Assembly: GCA_004431415.1 (NCBI GenBank)
Contig: QPMI01000626.1
Location: forward strand, 248,001-312,000
Source: Cyanophora paradoxa CCMP329
Taxonomy: Eukaryota; Plantae; Glaucophyta
DNA length: 64,000 nt
Reading direction: 5' to 3'
Below, one piece after another: positions 38,901 to 51,491 of the stretch (position 1 is the stretch's first letter; each line of letters opens with the position of its first letter). A program made the position numbers and the translations under genes. The notes under the pieces were generated by a model, which was not told the origin of the DNA, made no database searches, and saw only the letters and a program-made list of their open reading frames with translations.

Positions 38901-41900
38901 CTCTGGCCCACCCCAGACTTAGGCCGAGGCTCCTAGCGGGCCTTAGACTTCGACTTGGTGGCTCTATGCTCGCCCCGCGCCGAGCTGACGCCGCCTCGCC
39001 CCGCCGCCCCCTTCCCCCCCTGCGCGCGCTCTACACCGCCCGCTTCCAGCTACTCTACTCACCGATAGCGCCGCATCCATCCACCCGTCTGACGCTCGCC
39101 GCTCTTTCGTGCGCAGTTCGTGCCGGAGTTCGACGACCCGGCGCGGGGCCCGGGGATCGCGCCGGGCACGCTCTTCGACTTCGCGGCCGAGGTCGCCCAT
39201 GCCTACACCGCCACGCCCCCGGAGGTGCGAGGCTGGGGTCGGATAGGATAGGACGGGGGGCGGGCTCGGGTAGGATGCGCCGGCTTAGCACCGAGAAGCT
39301 CCCGGCATGCGAGGCGGCTCTAGGGGGCTGGGGGCGAGGCTAGTGTTGGGCACGCCTACACCGCCACGCCCCCCGAGGTCCGCCTGCCCCCGAGGGCTGA
39401 GGGCCGAGGGCTCGCGTGGGTGGATAGGTTCACGGGCTAGCTGAGGGTCGTAGTGCAACTGCGAGGGGTCGGCCCGCCGGCCTAGCACCCAGAGGCCGCT
39501 GGCATGCGATGGGCCTCGAGGGACTGTGGGCTTGGATGGGTCGCCTCCCGAAGGCCCCTTGCTTGCGGCGCCCCTCGCTCGCTCGCTCGCCGGCGCCGCG
39601 CGCTGACGCGCCGGCGCCGGCAGCTGCTGCAGGCGGCGGCGGCGGCGGCGGCGGCGCCCTCGGCGGGGGCGGCCCTGGACCGGGCCTCGTACCTGCGTGC
39701 GCCCGCCGCCCGGGACGGTTAGAGTTGATAGAGGACACCCAGTGCAAGCAAGTCTTGCCCGACAGGGCAGAGTCTTAACTCTACCGCCACACCTAAGCCA
39801 CCTTAGGCTATCTCCCGGCAGAGTCTTAACTCTACCGCCACACCTAAGCCACCTTAGGCTATCTCCCGGCAGAGTCTTAACTCTACCGCCACACCTAAGC
39901 CACCTTAGGCTATCTCCCGGCAGAGTCTTAACTCTACCGCCACACCTAAGCCACCTTAGGCTATTTCTCCGCCCGGGACGGTTAGAGTTGATAGAGGACA
40001 CCCAGTGCAAGCAAAGCCACGCGTGCCGGCCGGCACAGCCTAGCCTTAATTAACTCTACCGCCACACCTAAGCCACCTTAGGCTATTTCTCCGCCCGGGA
40101 CGGTTAGAGTTGATAGAGGACACCCAGTGCAAGCAAAGCCACGCGTGCCGGCCGGCACAGCCTAGCCTTAATTAACTCTACCGCCACACCTAAGCCACCT
40201 TAGGCTATTTCTCCGCCCGGGACGGTTAGAGTTGATAGAGGACACCCAGTGCAAGCAAAGCCACGCGTGCCGGCCGGCACAGCCTAGCCTTAATTAACTC
40301 TACCGCCACACCTAAGCCACCTTAGGCTATTTCTCCGCCCGGGACGGTTAGAGTTGATAGAGGACACCCAGTGCAAGCAAAGCCACGCGTGCCGGCCGGC
40401 ACAGCCTAGCCTTAATTAACTCTACCGCCACACCTAAGCCACCTTAGGCTATTTCTCCGCCCGGGACGGTTAGAGTTGATAGAGGACACCCAGTGCAAGC
40501 AAAGCCACGCGTGCCGGCCGGCACAGCCTAGCCTTAATTAACTCTACCGCCACACCTAAGCCACCTTAGGCTATTTCTCCGCCCGGGACGGTTAGAGTTG
40601 ATAGAGGACACCCAGTGCAAGCAAAGCCACGCGTGCCGGCCGGCACAGCCTAGCCTTAATTAACTCTACCGCCACACCTAAGCCACCTTAGGCTATCTCT
40701 CGGCGGCGCCCTCGGTGGGGGCGGCCCTGGAACGCGCCCAGGCCGCCATCTCCGCCGGCGACCGCATGAAGGTGCGCCGACGAGCGGGCGGGCGAACATG
40801 GGCGGGGTGGAGTCCGGGCCGATACATAGTTTGGTTTGATTAGACGGGGGAGGGCGACCGCATGAAGGTGCGGGCGGGCAGCGACCGCATGAAGGTGCGC
40901 GCGGGCGGGCGGGTGAACATGGGCGGGGTGGCATGCCGAGGACGCCGCGGCCGAGGACGCCGCGTGTCTAAAAAGCTAGGCCGCCGCCGCGTATTCTAAG
41001 ATGCTACGATGCCACGCGCCCGCCCGCCCGCCTCCCTGCCCTCTCTCGCGCGACCCGCTCGAGCCCTGACCCGCCCTCCCCCTCGCCCCCGCAGGAGCTG
41101 CTGGTGCGGGCCGGCCGCACCGCCGAGGACGCCGAGGACCTCCGCAAGGTGAGCTGGGACCTAGAAGGACCGGGATAGATAGATAGATAGACCTGCGCAG
41201 ATATCTAGAAAGCAGCTAGATATCTAGAAGGATGAGAGATAGATAAATAGATAGATATCTAGAAGGACCGCCGAGGACGCCGAGGAACTCCTCAAGGTGA
41301 GGGAGGGGATCTTTCCCTAGACCCCTAGAATCCCCTAGATCCCTTTCGGGGGATCCGGGTACTTCTAGATCCCCTAGATCCTTCCCTAGATCCCTAGGTC
41401 TACCTTGAAGGCGACGAAGGTGAGAGAGGGGATCCGCGTAGAAGTCCCAGAAGATAGAAGATAGATAGATAGATAGATCGATATCTAGAAGGACCTGAAC
41501 AGATAAATAGATAGATTTACGGCCTAGACCTACCTACCAGGCGACGAAGCTCGATTCCGCCTACTGACCCCTCGCCTTCCCCGTAAGCTCGTCGGCATGC
41601 TGGAGGGCGTGCTGCGGTACCCCGGCGTGGGCGCCGGCGCCGCCTGGGCCCTCTTCGAGGCCCTCAAGGCCCGCTACGCCTCAGGCGCCTCCGCCTTCGA
41701 AATGGTACGGTAACCCCCCCTTATCTAATCAAACCAAACCACGTATCGATATCTATCTTCTAACTATCTATCTATCCCATCATCTTTCTCAGGACGGGTA
41801 CGTCTCGCGCTGGACTTCGTCCCTGGCGGACTTCGCCATCTCGCGCGCCTCGCCCTTCGCGCCCGTGGACGAGTCCGGGCGGCGCGCGGGGCCCGGGACC

Positions 41901-43673
41901 CATCCCCCTTCCCCTTCTTCTTCTTCCCCTTCTTCATCCTCCTCGGACGGCGGGGACGGGGACGGGGACGGGGACGCCGCTGCGGCGCCGGCGCCGGCGT
42001 CGCAGCAGGACCGGGCGCCCCGGCAGGGCACCATCGGTCCGCCCTCCCCGTCCGCTCTTTCTTCTCCCCTTCCTCACTCCCCCTCCCCTCTCCCGCAGCG
42101 CGTGCGAAGTGGGCGCTGGCGGAGCTGAAGCGGGTGGAGGAGGCCTCGGCGGGGCTCGTCGACGCCGTTACACTGGACCAGGTGCGAGGAGAGAAGGGGG
42201 GGCGTGTGGGGGGGGGGGGGGGGGGGGGGGGGGGCGGCGGGGCGGCGCGACGAGGAAACCGAGTGGGGGCCGCGGCGGGCCCCGAGGGCGCGGGGGCGAG
42301 GCGCTGCAAGTTCGGGAGAGAAGCGCGAGGCTGGGGGGGCCTGATCTGATCTGATCTAGTCTGATCTGATCTGATCTGATCTGACCCCTTCGCTCGCAGC
42401 TCCGGTGGCTTCGCAAGTCCATCGCCATGGTTGTCTGGCCCCAGAACGTGTGCCCTAACCCCCCCCCCCCCCCCCCCCCCCCCGGCTCCCTCCCCCTCAC
42501 AACGCCCCCCCTCCCGCAGTTCGACAGCTGCATGGAGTGGCTGCGCGAGAAGCAGCGGGCGGGCAGGACGGGCCCCGTCCGCGCCTACTCCGCCCTCGTC
42601 CGGTACCCCCGTTCCCTCTCTTCCCCTCCCCATAACAGATTCTGACTCTGTACCCCCCAGCGCCGTGGACAGCCGCCCCTCCTGGGAGCGCGCCTGCGCC
42701 GTCGCGGATCTGCTCGAGGGCGCCCACCGCGTCGGCCAGACCCGTCTCTGGGTACGCGCTTCATCCCGTACCCCCTTCTCTTCCCCCCCCCCGGGTGGGG
42801 CCACCTCTTACGCTTTCGGCGCAGTCGTCGTCGAAGGCGGCGCGCCTGTGGCTCGCCGTGCGCTCCTACTCGCGCGCGTGGACCGCCATTCGGGCCGCGG
42901 AGAAGGGTGCGGGCCCTCGGAAATTCTTTGCCTTTCCCGCCTGAATTCATCGATATCTGATCCGATCCAATCTTTTTTCCTCGCAGACTACGATGAGCGG
43001 CTGGCTCAGACGGGCGGCGTACCCCTCGCCGGCGACGACGAGCAGCTCCGGTACCCCCCTTCTCGGCGTTTCGTCGGTTCGCGCTCGGCTGATGCTGAGG
43101 GGGTACGTGTACAGTTTCATGTACGAGTCGGTGGTGCTGGCGATTCTTGCACCGGCGCCGGCCGTCCCCGGCGAGCGGAGGGACAGCCGCGCCGACCGGC
43201 GGGCCGAGGGCGAAGGGTCGCTCGAGTCGGCCGAGTCGAACCGGAGGCAGCAGCCGTCGTACCCCTCCTCCGCTTCCTCGCCCTCCTCCTCGCCCCCCTC
43301 CTCCTCGAGCTCCGCCTCGTCCTCTGCGGCGGCGGCGGAGGGGGTACAGGACCAGAGGCGGGAGAGCCCGGAGCCTCTGGGCCTGGCCCAGGGCGTCGCG
43401 CGGCGCGCCCGGCGGCGCAACATCTCCCTCCACCAGTCCGTCCTCTCATGCCTCGCCCGCGCCGAGCGCGCCCAGGGCGCCACCCCCACGTACCCGTACC
43501 CCTCCTCGTCCTCTTCCCCCTCCCCCTCCTCACCCGCCCCGTCCGAGGGGGCGGGCGGTCGCGAGAGGCCCGCGGCGGCGCCGGTCGGCCGGGCGGCCTC
43601 GCCGCGGCCGCGCGGGGCCGGCGGGGCCGGCGCGGGGCGGCGCCCCTACCCCCCTCGCCCCCGCTACCAGTAG
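35968..43673 (+). CDS. Large multi-exon, probably plastid-targeted alpha-helical repeat protein (PPR/OPR-like)
   Basis: N-terminus MLAFAG.. is Ala/Ser/Arg-rich with an early Phe, like a transit peptide. About 20 short helical exons, e.g. VADWALRLLRSNL, AAWALFEALKARY, PVRAYSALV, WERACAVADLL. Confidence 0.55.
37680..37890. repeat. Intronic C-rich duplication, about 83 bp x2
   Basis: cagcgccccaccccgcctcgcaatcaagcaagctccgcccgcccc occurs twice. Confidence 0.8.
39706..40698. repeat. Intronic compound minisatellite: 51-bp unit x4, then 122-bp unit x6
   Basis: 122-bp units start at 39971, 40093, 40215, 40337, 40459 and 40581. Both unit types share ttaactctaccgccacacctaagccaccttaggctat. Confidence 0.95.
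41160..41530. repeat. Intronic GATA/CTAG simple-repeat tract
   Basis: (gata)n runs and recurrent atctag/ccctag. Confidence 0.8.
42341..42384. repeat. (CTGAT)n microsatellite
   Basis: About 9 copies just upstream of an acceptor. Confidence 0.85.
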
Positions 43674-44237
43674 CCCCGCGGGGCCCTAGCGGCCTGCCCC
43701 CCCTTTTCTCAGAGTCTCTAGAGCGCGACGAACCGCGTACGCCCCACCCGCTTTCGCGCACCGACAGAACGTCGCAATGTAGGTCTGAAAACTAAAAACG
43801 AGGCCCGCGGTTCGCTTCTTCCATCAATTTGAACACTGTGCGAAAATGGACGCAAAAATGGACACGTCGCATCGATACACCACGGCACATGTATCAATGT
43901 TCTACTTGACGTGCCCTTCCGACAGGTCAGCTATCCAGCCGATCGCGAAGACGCTAGCTAGGTGCCGGCCTTGCGTCGCTCAGTATGGGAGGTTCGCCTG
44001 AGTGGGGGAGACATGGTTTCCGGTGATAGCCGTAGCCAGTCCCACGCGCCTACCCCTTGATCAACCCCACGTCATCCCTCATTGCAGCTGCTGCATGTGA
44101 TCGTGAGCGACGAATTCGAAGGCCCGATGTTGATTATTACTGTATATATATGTAGGCATAATCATGAATCACACCCTGCTTAATTATAAAGTTTGATTAT
44201 AAGCTTGCAATTTCAGTTGACGCAAGCACACAACGTG

Positions 44238-47200
44238 CTGGCAATGCATCGCAGCTGCAGTCGCACGACGTGTAGGCAACTGGATGCATAATTATATAAT
44301 GCACATGTACAATCGATATCGGCCGCGGGGTCAAAATGGATCCGGAAGGGGACCCGGGAACGTCGACGGAGGAGAAGAGGGAGCCGGGGGGAAGGCCCAG
44401 GTCTAGAGGGATATACGTGGATCTAGATCTAGGGGCAGCCTGGCAGCGCGGCCCGGCAGCGGGGCAGCTCTTCAATTCGGGTCGGCTTGCGGTGCCGAAG
44501 CTTATAATTATCAAGGTGCATGGGAGACCTGGCCATGGTGACCACAGACCTGGTCATGGTGACCACAATGAACCCTTCTTGAAACGACTGGATCCACTTT
44601 ATTCTTGCAATTGACGTCGACCGTGCACCTGATGCTCGAATTACAAGACCGGTACACTTCTTGATATCGAAAACGTCGATAACGTCCGACGGTCGTTGTT
44701 CGGAACACCAAAACCACGCAATCATCGAATGGTTCTAGATTTAACGATGGCAACGTCCTTGCTGTTTCGCTGAAGAGAATCTATAGATAGGCTTGCAAAA
44801 GCTTTCGTCCTGAAGAATCGGCGACTACAAATTATAAGCCCCGCCAGCATGCACAGCTCTATATATATTGCAAGGGGGGAATTCGAAGGGGGCCCCCTTG
44901 CTTCCCGTTCCCTCGCTTCAGCCAAAAGTTTTCTACGAGGCCGTTTTCGAGGGCCAGTCTGCAACGAAAATGTGGGCCAGTCTGCAACGAAAATGTCTTT
45001 TATTCGCGTTCGGATTGGCTCGGTGGACCGGTCAGCTCTCGACTTTCGAGCGTCGAATTCGAGGGGAAAAAGTGGTTTTCGAGGGGAAAACTAACTTCTC
45101 TCTCTAACTCCGGTCTTCGAATTCCTTGCGCGGTTCTGCATGGAACCAGTTCTCCCTAGCTGTCTCCTCTAGACTTCGGCTTCCTCGCAGTGCGTCGCGT
45201 ACGCCTTGCTCTTCGTTGCGCGGTTCTGCATGGAACCACTTCTCTCTACCTGTCAACGTCTCCTCTACTAGGCTAGATTTCCGCCTAGAAACTGCTTGCG
45301 TTGCTGCCTGCGCCGCTGCAGCTGATCGCAGCCGAGCACGCCCGGCCGGCCAGATCTAGACCGTACTCTCTCGCTGCGCTTATATCGAGCTTATATCGAG
45401 CTTATATTGCAGAACCGCGTGTGCCGGCCGAGCACGCCGGCCGGGCCGGGCGCTCGGCGCTCTTGTTGCGATCGGCACCCGGACAGCAGACTAGCTATAT
45501 ATAGTTCGTGTGCTGCGCACGACGTGGCGCTTGTCCGCTCATTCGGCACCCCGCGTGCGCCCTGTGTTGCGCCGCGTGCACGTGCGTGCGCCCCCGCCGC
45601 TTGCCACCCGCTGAATCTGGCCTTTCATTCAGGCTTTTCTTTATTCGGTTAGATCGCAGCGTCTGCTTATCAGCCCTTTTCTATTCTTTTCAATCATATA
45701 TAATCTGTGTCTATCTTTACTACTTCAACCTGCCGCGCGCGCTGGGCCGGGGTCGATCTACATCTGCCCCGTGCATGTTCGTGCCACTACTACTCTTTCA
45801 TTAGATCCCGATCCCCCCCTTGCACCCCCGGCGCGCCAAACGCGGCCGGGCCCCTAGTATGCGAACCGTTCGTGCCTCTCTGGTGCGAGCTCGAGGTGGC
45901 ATTAAGTTACGGAACTGGGGGGCGGATCGAAGGCCGATGCATGCGCACATCGATCATCGGATATATATCGATATGATATCGCTCTCGAAAATTCGAGCTC
46001 GAGTCTCTATACCGAGCACTCGAGTATAAGTACTTCTGCAATTTACCCCCAAAATGGAAAAGTTGGCGTCGCGCACATGCATGCCAGCTTTCCCGTAATA
46101 TCGCTATCATCATCCGTTCGGCGGGTATCTCTCGCAAGAGCTCGCTAGCTTACGGCTGTGGCCAGCGCAAGATATCTTGCATTAAGTACGACTGCATGCG
46201 TCGACAAAATTGAAACGGCAATTGCGAATGTCTGACCGTCGGACGTCGACGTCGACGTCTACCTCGGACACAGCTTAAAGCTGACACATGATTCTAAGCA
46301 CAGATCTCGGCGTCCACGGCGTAGCATTCGGCCTCGAGCACCTGCATACGATGCGAAGTCCGTGTGCAATGGAGAGCATGATCAGCTCAAATTAAAGTGA
46401 ACCCGAACTCGGCAAATTGGGCGGGCATGCAGAGCGCACCGCAGCCTCAGCCTCCAGCTCGGCGTCGAGCTCCGCGGCGTCCATCTCGGCTTCAACAATC
46501 TGTTCGCGATCGTGTGCATATTAGTTCTCAGAGCCTTGTACGCCGTGACGATACTACATTATATCAATTAACTAATCGGCGCAGGCGCGGCCTTAGCGCT
46601 AGCGGGCAAAGATCCAGCTTTGTCTGATTAAGTTTTGCTGTGATATCGATCACGATGAAGTGCGCACCTGGGCCTCGGCGTCAAGCAAATAACCCATCAG
46701 AGAGTACGTGGGAGATGAATCGATCGGGAACGCATTCGGAAAGTTCGTGCAATCTTGGCCATACGACATTGACTTCCCGCCGGTGGCCTTGCACATCTCA
46801 CCAGCCAGTTCAGTCGCGTCGGTGTTGATTTCCCAGAGGACAGTTTGGACCGTCGACGGCGCAGCGCCGCAAGAGCCATAACTGTAACACTTGACCTCTG
46901 ATTCGGAGATATATAGTGATCATGAGTGATCAATCTGCGAAGAGATGCAAATTTAAACTGAAAACGACGCACTCCCTCCAACATTGCCCATGTTGTCAGA
47001 GTACGATCTGCATGCATGCGCATGAGCGAAAACCATCATGGCATTAATATTATAGAGATTGAATGCATAGTTCCATAGTATTAGTATGCATACTACGGTA
47101 CGTTAACATAAGGTATGTTACACGTTCCTTGTGAACGTTCAATTAATATTGCAACGCGAACGCATACGTTTAGCGCGCGAAGCGATCTATAGCTAGTGAT

Positions 47201-48124
47201 CGCGCGTTAGCGGTCGACGTCCTAAGCTTGACGGCGTCCGCGAATATCGATATCTCAGCTTATAATTGCGATACGCCGCGGCGCTAATTATATAAGGGTG
47301 TCCGACGGTCGTCGGATATCGATGCGCCAAGGATCGGAGCTCACCGTGCGGGTAGAGGCGATCGAGATGAAGAGACCGGCGAGAATCGCGCCGATCAGAG
47401 CTAGACAGAGGCGAACTTGAAACTGCGGCAAGCTTTAAGAAGCTGTCGCACACTGCGGCAGCAATGAAGATCGCAACGCGAATCGAAACCGTGGCTTTTT
47501 TCCTGCTGGCTCCTGAGAGGCGCCGGCGCCGGCGCGCGCGCGGTGCCGGCGCCTGCGCCTTCGGGGCCCGGGCGGCTCGAAAAAGCTCGAAAAGGCCGCG
47601 GCTGCAGCTGATCATGAAGCCTGAACCGAGGCTGAACCTTAGTCATGAATCAGGCTGCTGTGCCAGCCACTGCCAGGCTGCCAGCTCAGCGGCTGCAGGC
47701 TGCAGGCTGCAGCTGGCAGCCTGCAGGCGTGTCGGCCCACTGTCGGGTAGACGGTAAAAAAAGAGATGTGGAAGAACTCCGCAGCTTTTTTTCGCCTGGC
47801 TCCTGAGAGGTGCTGCCGGCGCCGGCTGGCTCGAAACGGTCGACGGCGCACCGGTTCGTGAAACGTTTCCCTTCAAATGAAATGGAGCTAACCAATAGAC
47901 TGCAAGCTTCATCAATTCCTGGGACACTACTCGGAAGCCAATGACTTGGCAATAGGTACCAGCTATAGCTTTGTTTTTGACGTAATATGCTAGGCTATTG
48001 GCTCGCTCTGCTCTGCTCTTTATGCCCCCTGGGCAGCCCCCGCAGTGCTGGTGTCTAGAGATCTAGACTGTGGCCGGTAATTCACCAAAAAAATATAACT
48101 TATTACTGATGACACAAGCGGACT
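44238..48124 (+). repeat. Left arm of a long inverted repeat, including an arm-specific segment of about 1.37 kb (44,650-46,020)
   Basis: Reverse complement of 49018-51434; mirror-image ORFs (46397+/50439-, 47643-/49145+). Confidence 0.95.
48014..48093 (+). mobile_element. Second, shorter copy of the poly(A)-tailed retroposon
   Basis: cagtgctgg..ctgtggccggtaattcacc followed by A7; absent from the opposite inverted-repeat arm. Confidence 0.65.
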
Positions 48125-48183
48125 ATTCGAAAAAAAATGGTTAATTATAACACGGCCGGCTGAGCTTGCAGTTCTGATTCAGG

Positions 48184-48467
48184 TCGTTTTCCCCATGCGC
48201 GGCGACTTGGAATTCGGTAATTAGCTAGGTAATTCGGGGTCTTTCGTCGACGAGGGGAGGGGTACAGTCTTTAAACTAGTCCGGACAGCCCGAGCTAATT
48301 AGCCGGAACTCGAGGAGGTCCGGGGCCGTCCGGCCCGACCTCCTCGAATTCCAAGCTAATTAGATTTTTACCGGTTCGAGGATCGTCCGCAAAAAAAGGT
48401 GCGTGTTCGACCTAATTACCTAATTACCTAATTCCCGACTACGGCAAGTCCTACATGGGGAAAACGA
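48184..48467. repeat. Quasi-palindromic foldback/MITE-like element, about 285 bp
   Basis: Perfect 14-bp terminal IR tcgttttccccatg/catggggaaaacga; inner taattag/ctaatta symmetry; central hairpin at about 48296-48363. Confidence 0.65.
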
Positions 48468-49017
48468 GGTCAGTTCCCCGATTTGTCTCAACGCATATGA
48501 GAACACAAGCCTGAAGGTGGCCATGGATCCCGGAGAGCATACCGTAGTAACCGGTATGCCGCTGTTAACGTTGTCACGGCGTGGCAGGGCGTGCGGCGCG
48601 AGCCGCGCGACTCGCGGCGCGCGCGGCGCGCGCGCCGGCGGTACGGTGGCGCGCGGACCCGGACCGTCGGACTACCGTAAAACTTGAAACACATAAACAC
48701 CGCGCCCACTTCATTACCGCGGTACCAAAATTACCGCGCCAAAAGTTTGTAAAAACGCGGTAATAATTTATAATTTGGTACCGCGGAAATTACAGCGCTC
48801 CGCGGCAAAGTCTTATTAAATTTTCAAGCTACCAACCCGGCCAAATCCTGGCCATGGGATTCCTAATTATTTTGGGGTCTTAAATAAAACCCGATATAGA
48901 AGAAATGTACAGCCTGGCAGGCCTAGGCCTAGCCTAATAACTCTATAGGCCGGACTCCGGCGCCATGCCTCAGAATCTGGCTCAGATGCCGCCCATAATA
49001 GAGTCCCATTGCTTGCA

Positions 49018-51434
49018 AGTCCGCTTGTGTCATAAGTAATAGGTTATAACTTAGTATTGAGCAGAGCGAGCCAATAGCCTAGCATATTACGTCAAAAACA
49101 AAGCTATAGCTGGTACCTATTGCCAAGTCATTGGCTTCCGAGTAGTGTCCCAGGAATTGATGAAGCTTGCAGTCTATTGGTTAGCTCCATTTCATTTGAA
49201 GGGAAACGTTTCACGAACCGGTGCGCCGTCGACCGTTTCGAGCCAGCCGGCGCCGGCAGCACCTCTCAGGAGCCAGGCGAAAAAAAGCTGCGGAGTTCTT
49301 CCACATCTCTTTTTTTACCGTCTACCCGACAGTGGGCCGACACGCCTGCAGGCTGCCAGCTGCAGCCTGCAGCCTGCAGCCGCTGAGCTGGCAGCCTGGC
49401 AGTGGCTGGCACAGCAGCCTGATTCATGACTAAGGTTCAGCCTCGGTTCAGGCTTCATGATCAGCTGCAGCCGCGGCCTTTTCGAGCTTTTTCGAGCCGC
49501 CCGGGCCCCGAAGGCGCCGGCGCCGGCACCGCGCGCGCGCCGGCGCCGGCGCCTCTCAGGAGCCAGCAGGAAAAAAGCCACGGTTTCGATTCGCGTTGCG
49601 ATCTTCATTGCTGCCGCAGTGTGCGACAGCTTCTTAAAGCTTGCCGCAGTTTCAAGTTCGCCTCTGTCTAGCTCTGATCGGCGCGATTCTCGCCGGTCTC
49701 TTCATCTCGATCGCCTCTACCCGCACGGTGAGCTCCGATCCTTGGCGCATCGATATCCGACGACCGTCGGACACCCTTATATAATTAGCGCCGCGGCGTA
49801 TCGCAATTATAAGCTGAGATATCGATATTCGCGGACGCCGTCAAGCTTAGGACGTCGACCGCTAACGCGCGATCACTAGCTATAGATCGCTTCGCGCGCT
49901 AAACGTATGCGTTCGCGTTGCAATTGAACGTTCACAAGGAACGTGTAACATACCTTATGTTAACGTACCGTAGTATGCATACTAATACTATGGAACTATG
50001 CATTCAATCTCTATAATATTAATGCCATGATGGTTTTCGCTCATGCGCATGCATGCAGATCGTACTCTGACAACATGGGCAATGTTGGAGGGAGTGCGTC
50101 GTTTTCAGTTTAAATGTGCATCTCTTCGCAGATTGATCACTCATGATCACTATATATCTCCGAATCAGAGGTCAAGTGTTACAGTTATGGCTCTTGCGGC
50201 GCTGCGCCGTCGACGGTCCAAACTGTCCTCTGGGAAGTCAACACCGACGCGACTGAACTGGCTGGTGAGATGTGCAAGGCCACCGGCGGGAAGTCAATGT
50301 CGTATGGCCAAGATTGCACGAACTTTCCGAATGCGTTCCCGATCGATTCATCTCCCACGTACTCTCTGATGGGTTATTTGCTTGACGCCGAGGCCCAGGT
50401 GCGCACTTCATCGTGATCGATATCACAGCAAAACTTAATCAGACAAAGCTGGATCTTTGCCCGCTAGCGCTAAGGCCGCGCCTGCGCCGATTAGTTAATT
50501 GATATAATGTAGTATCGTCACGGCGTACAAGGCTCTGAGAACTAATATGCACACGATCGCGAACAGATTGTTGAAGCCGAGATGGACGCCGCGGAGCTCG
50601 ACGCCGAGCTGGAGGCTGAGGCTGCGGTGCGCTCTGCATGCCCGCCCAATTTGCCGAGTTCGGGTTCACTTTAATTTGAGCTGATCATGCTCTCCATTGC
50701 ACACGGACTTCGCATCGTATGCAGGTGCTCGAGGCCGAATGCTACGCCGTGGACGCCGAGATCTGTGCTTAGAATCATGTGTCAGCTTTAAGCTGTGTCC
50801 GAGGTAGACGTCGACGTCGACGTCCGACGGTCAGACATTCGCAATTGCCGTTTGTCGACGCATGCAGTCGTACTTAATGCAAGATATCTTGCGCTGGCCA
50901 CAGCCGTAAGCTAGCGAGCTCTTGCGAGAGATACCCGCCGAACGGATGATGATAGCGATATTACGGGAAAGCTGGCATGCATGTGCGCGACGCCAACGTT
51001 TCCCTTTTGGGGGTAAATTGCAGAAGTACGTATACTCGCGATCGGTCTTGGAATTTGAGCATCAGGTGCACGGGCGATTGCAAGATCAAAGTGGATCCAG
51101 TCGTTTCAAGAAGGGTTCATTGTGGTCACCATGACCAGGTCTGTGGTCACCATGGCCAGGTCTCCCATGCACCTTGATAATTATAAGCTTCGGCACCGCA
51201 AGCCGACCCGAATTGAAGAGCTGCCCCGCTGCCGGGCCGCACTGCCCCTAGATCTAGATCCACGTATATCCCTCTAGACCTGGGCCTTCCCCCCGGCTCC
51301 CTCTTCTCCTCCGTCGACGTTCCCGGGTCCCCTTCCGGATCCATTTTGACCCCGCGGCCTATATCGATTGTACATGTGCATTATGCATCCAGTTGCCTAC
51401 ACGTCGTGCGACTGCAGCTGCGATGCATTGCCAG
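49018..51434 (-). repeat. Right arm of the long inverted repeat
   Basis: Matches 46020-48124 and 44238-44650 in reverse complement. Confidence 0.95.
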
Positions 51435-51491
51435 AGTCATTGCTGCGATGCATATCGAGTGCATTGATCATGAGTCATTGAGTGCATGTGT

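Noticed and set aside
39706-40698. CRISPR-like array
   Set aside because: Sequences between the shared cores are identical rather than unique spacers, no cas genes are present, and it lies in a eukaryotic intron.
255-43795. Numerous long Pro/Arg/Gly/Ala-rich ORFs in the track
   Set aside because: By-products of high GC and read-through of introns or antisense strands; the real genes are spliced.
43975-44045. SRP/Alu-like RNA (gggaggttcgcctgag)
   Set aside because: Only a short resemblance; no SRP S-domain or supporting structure is recognisable.
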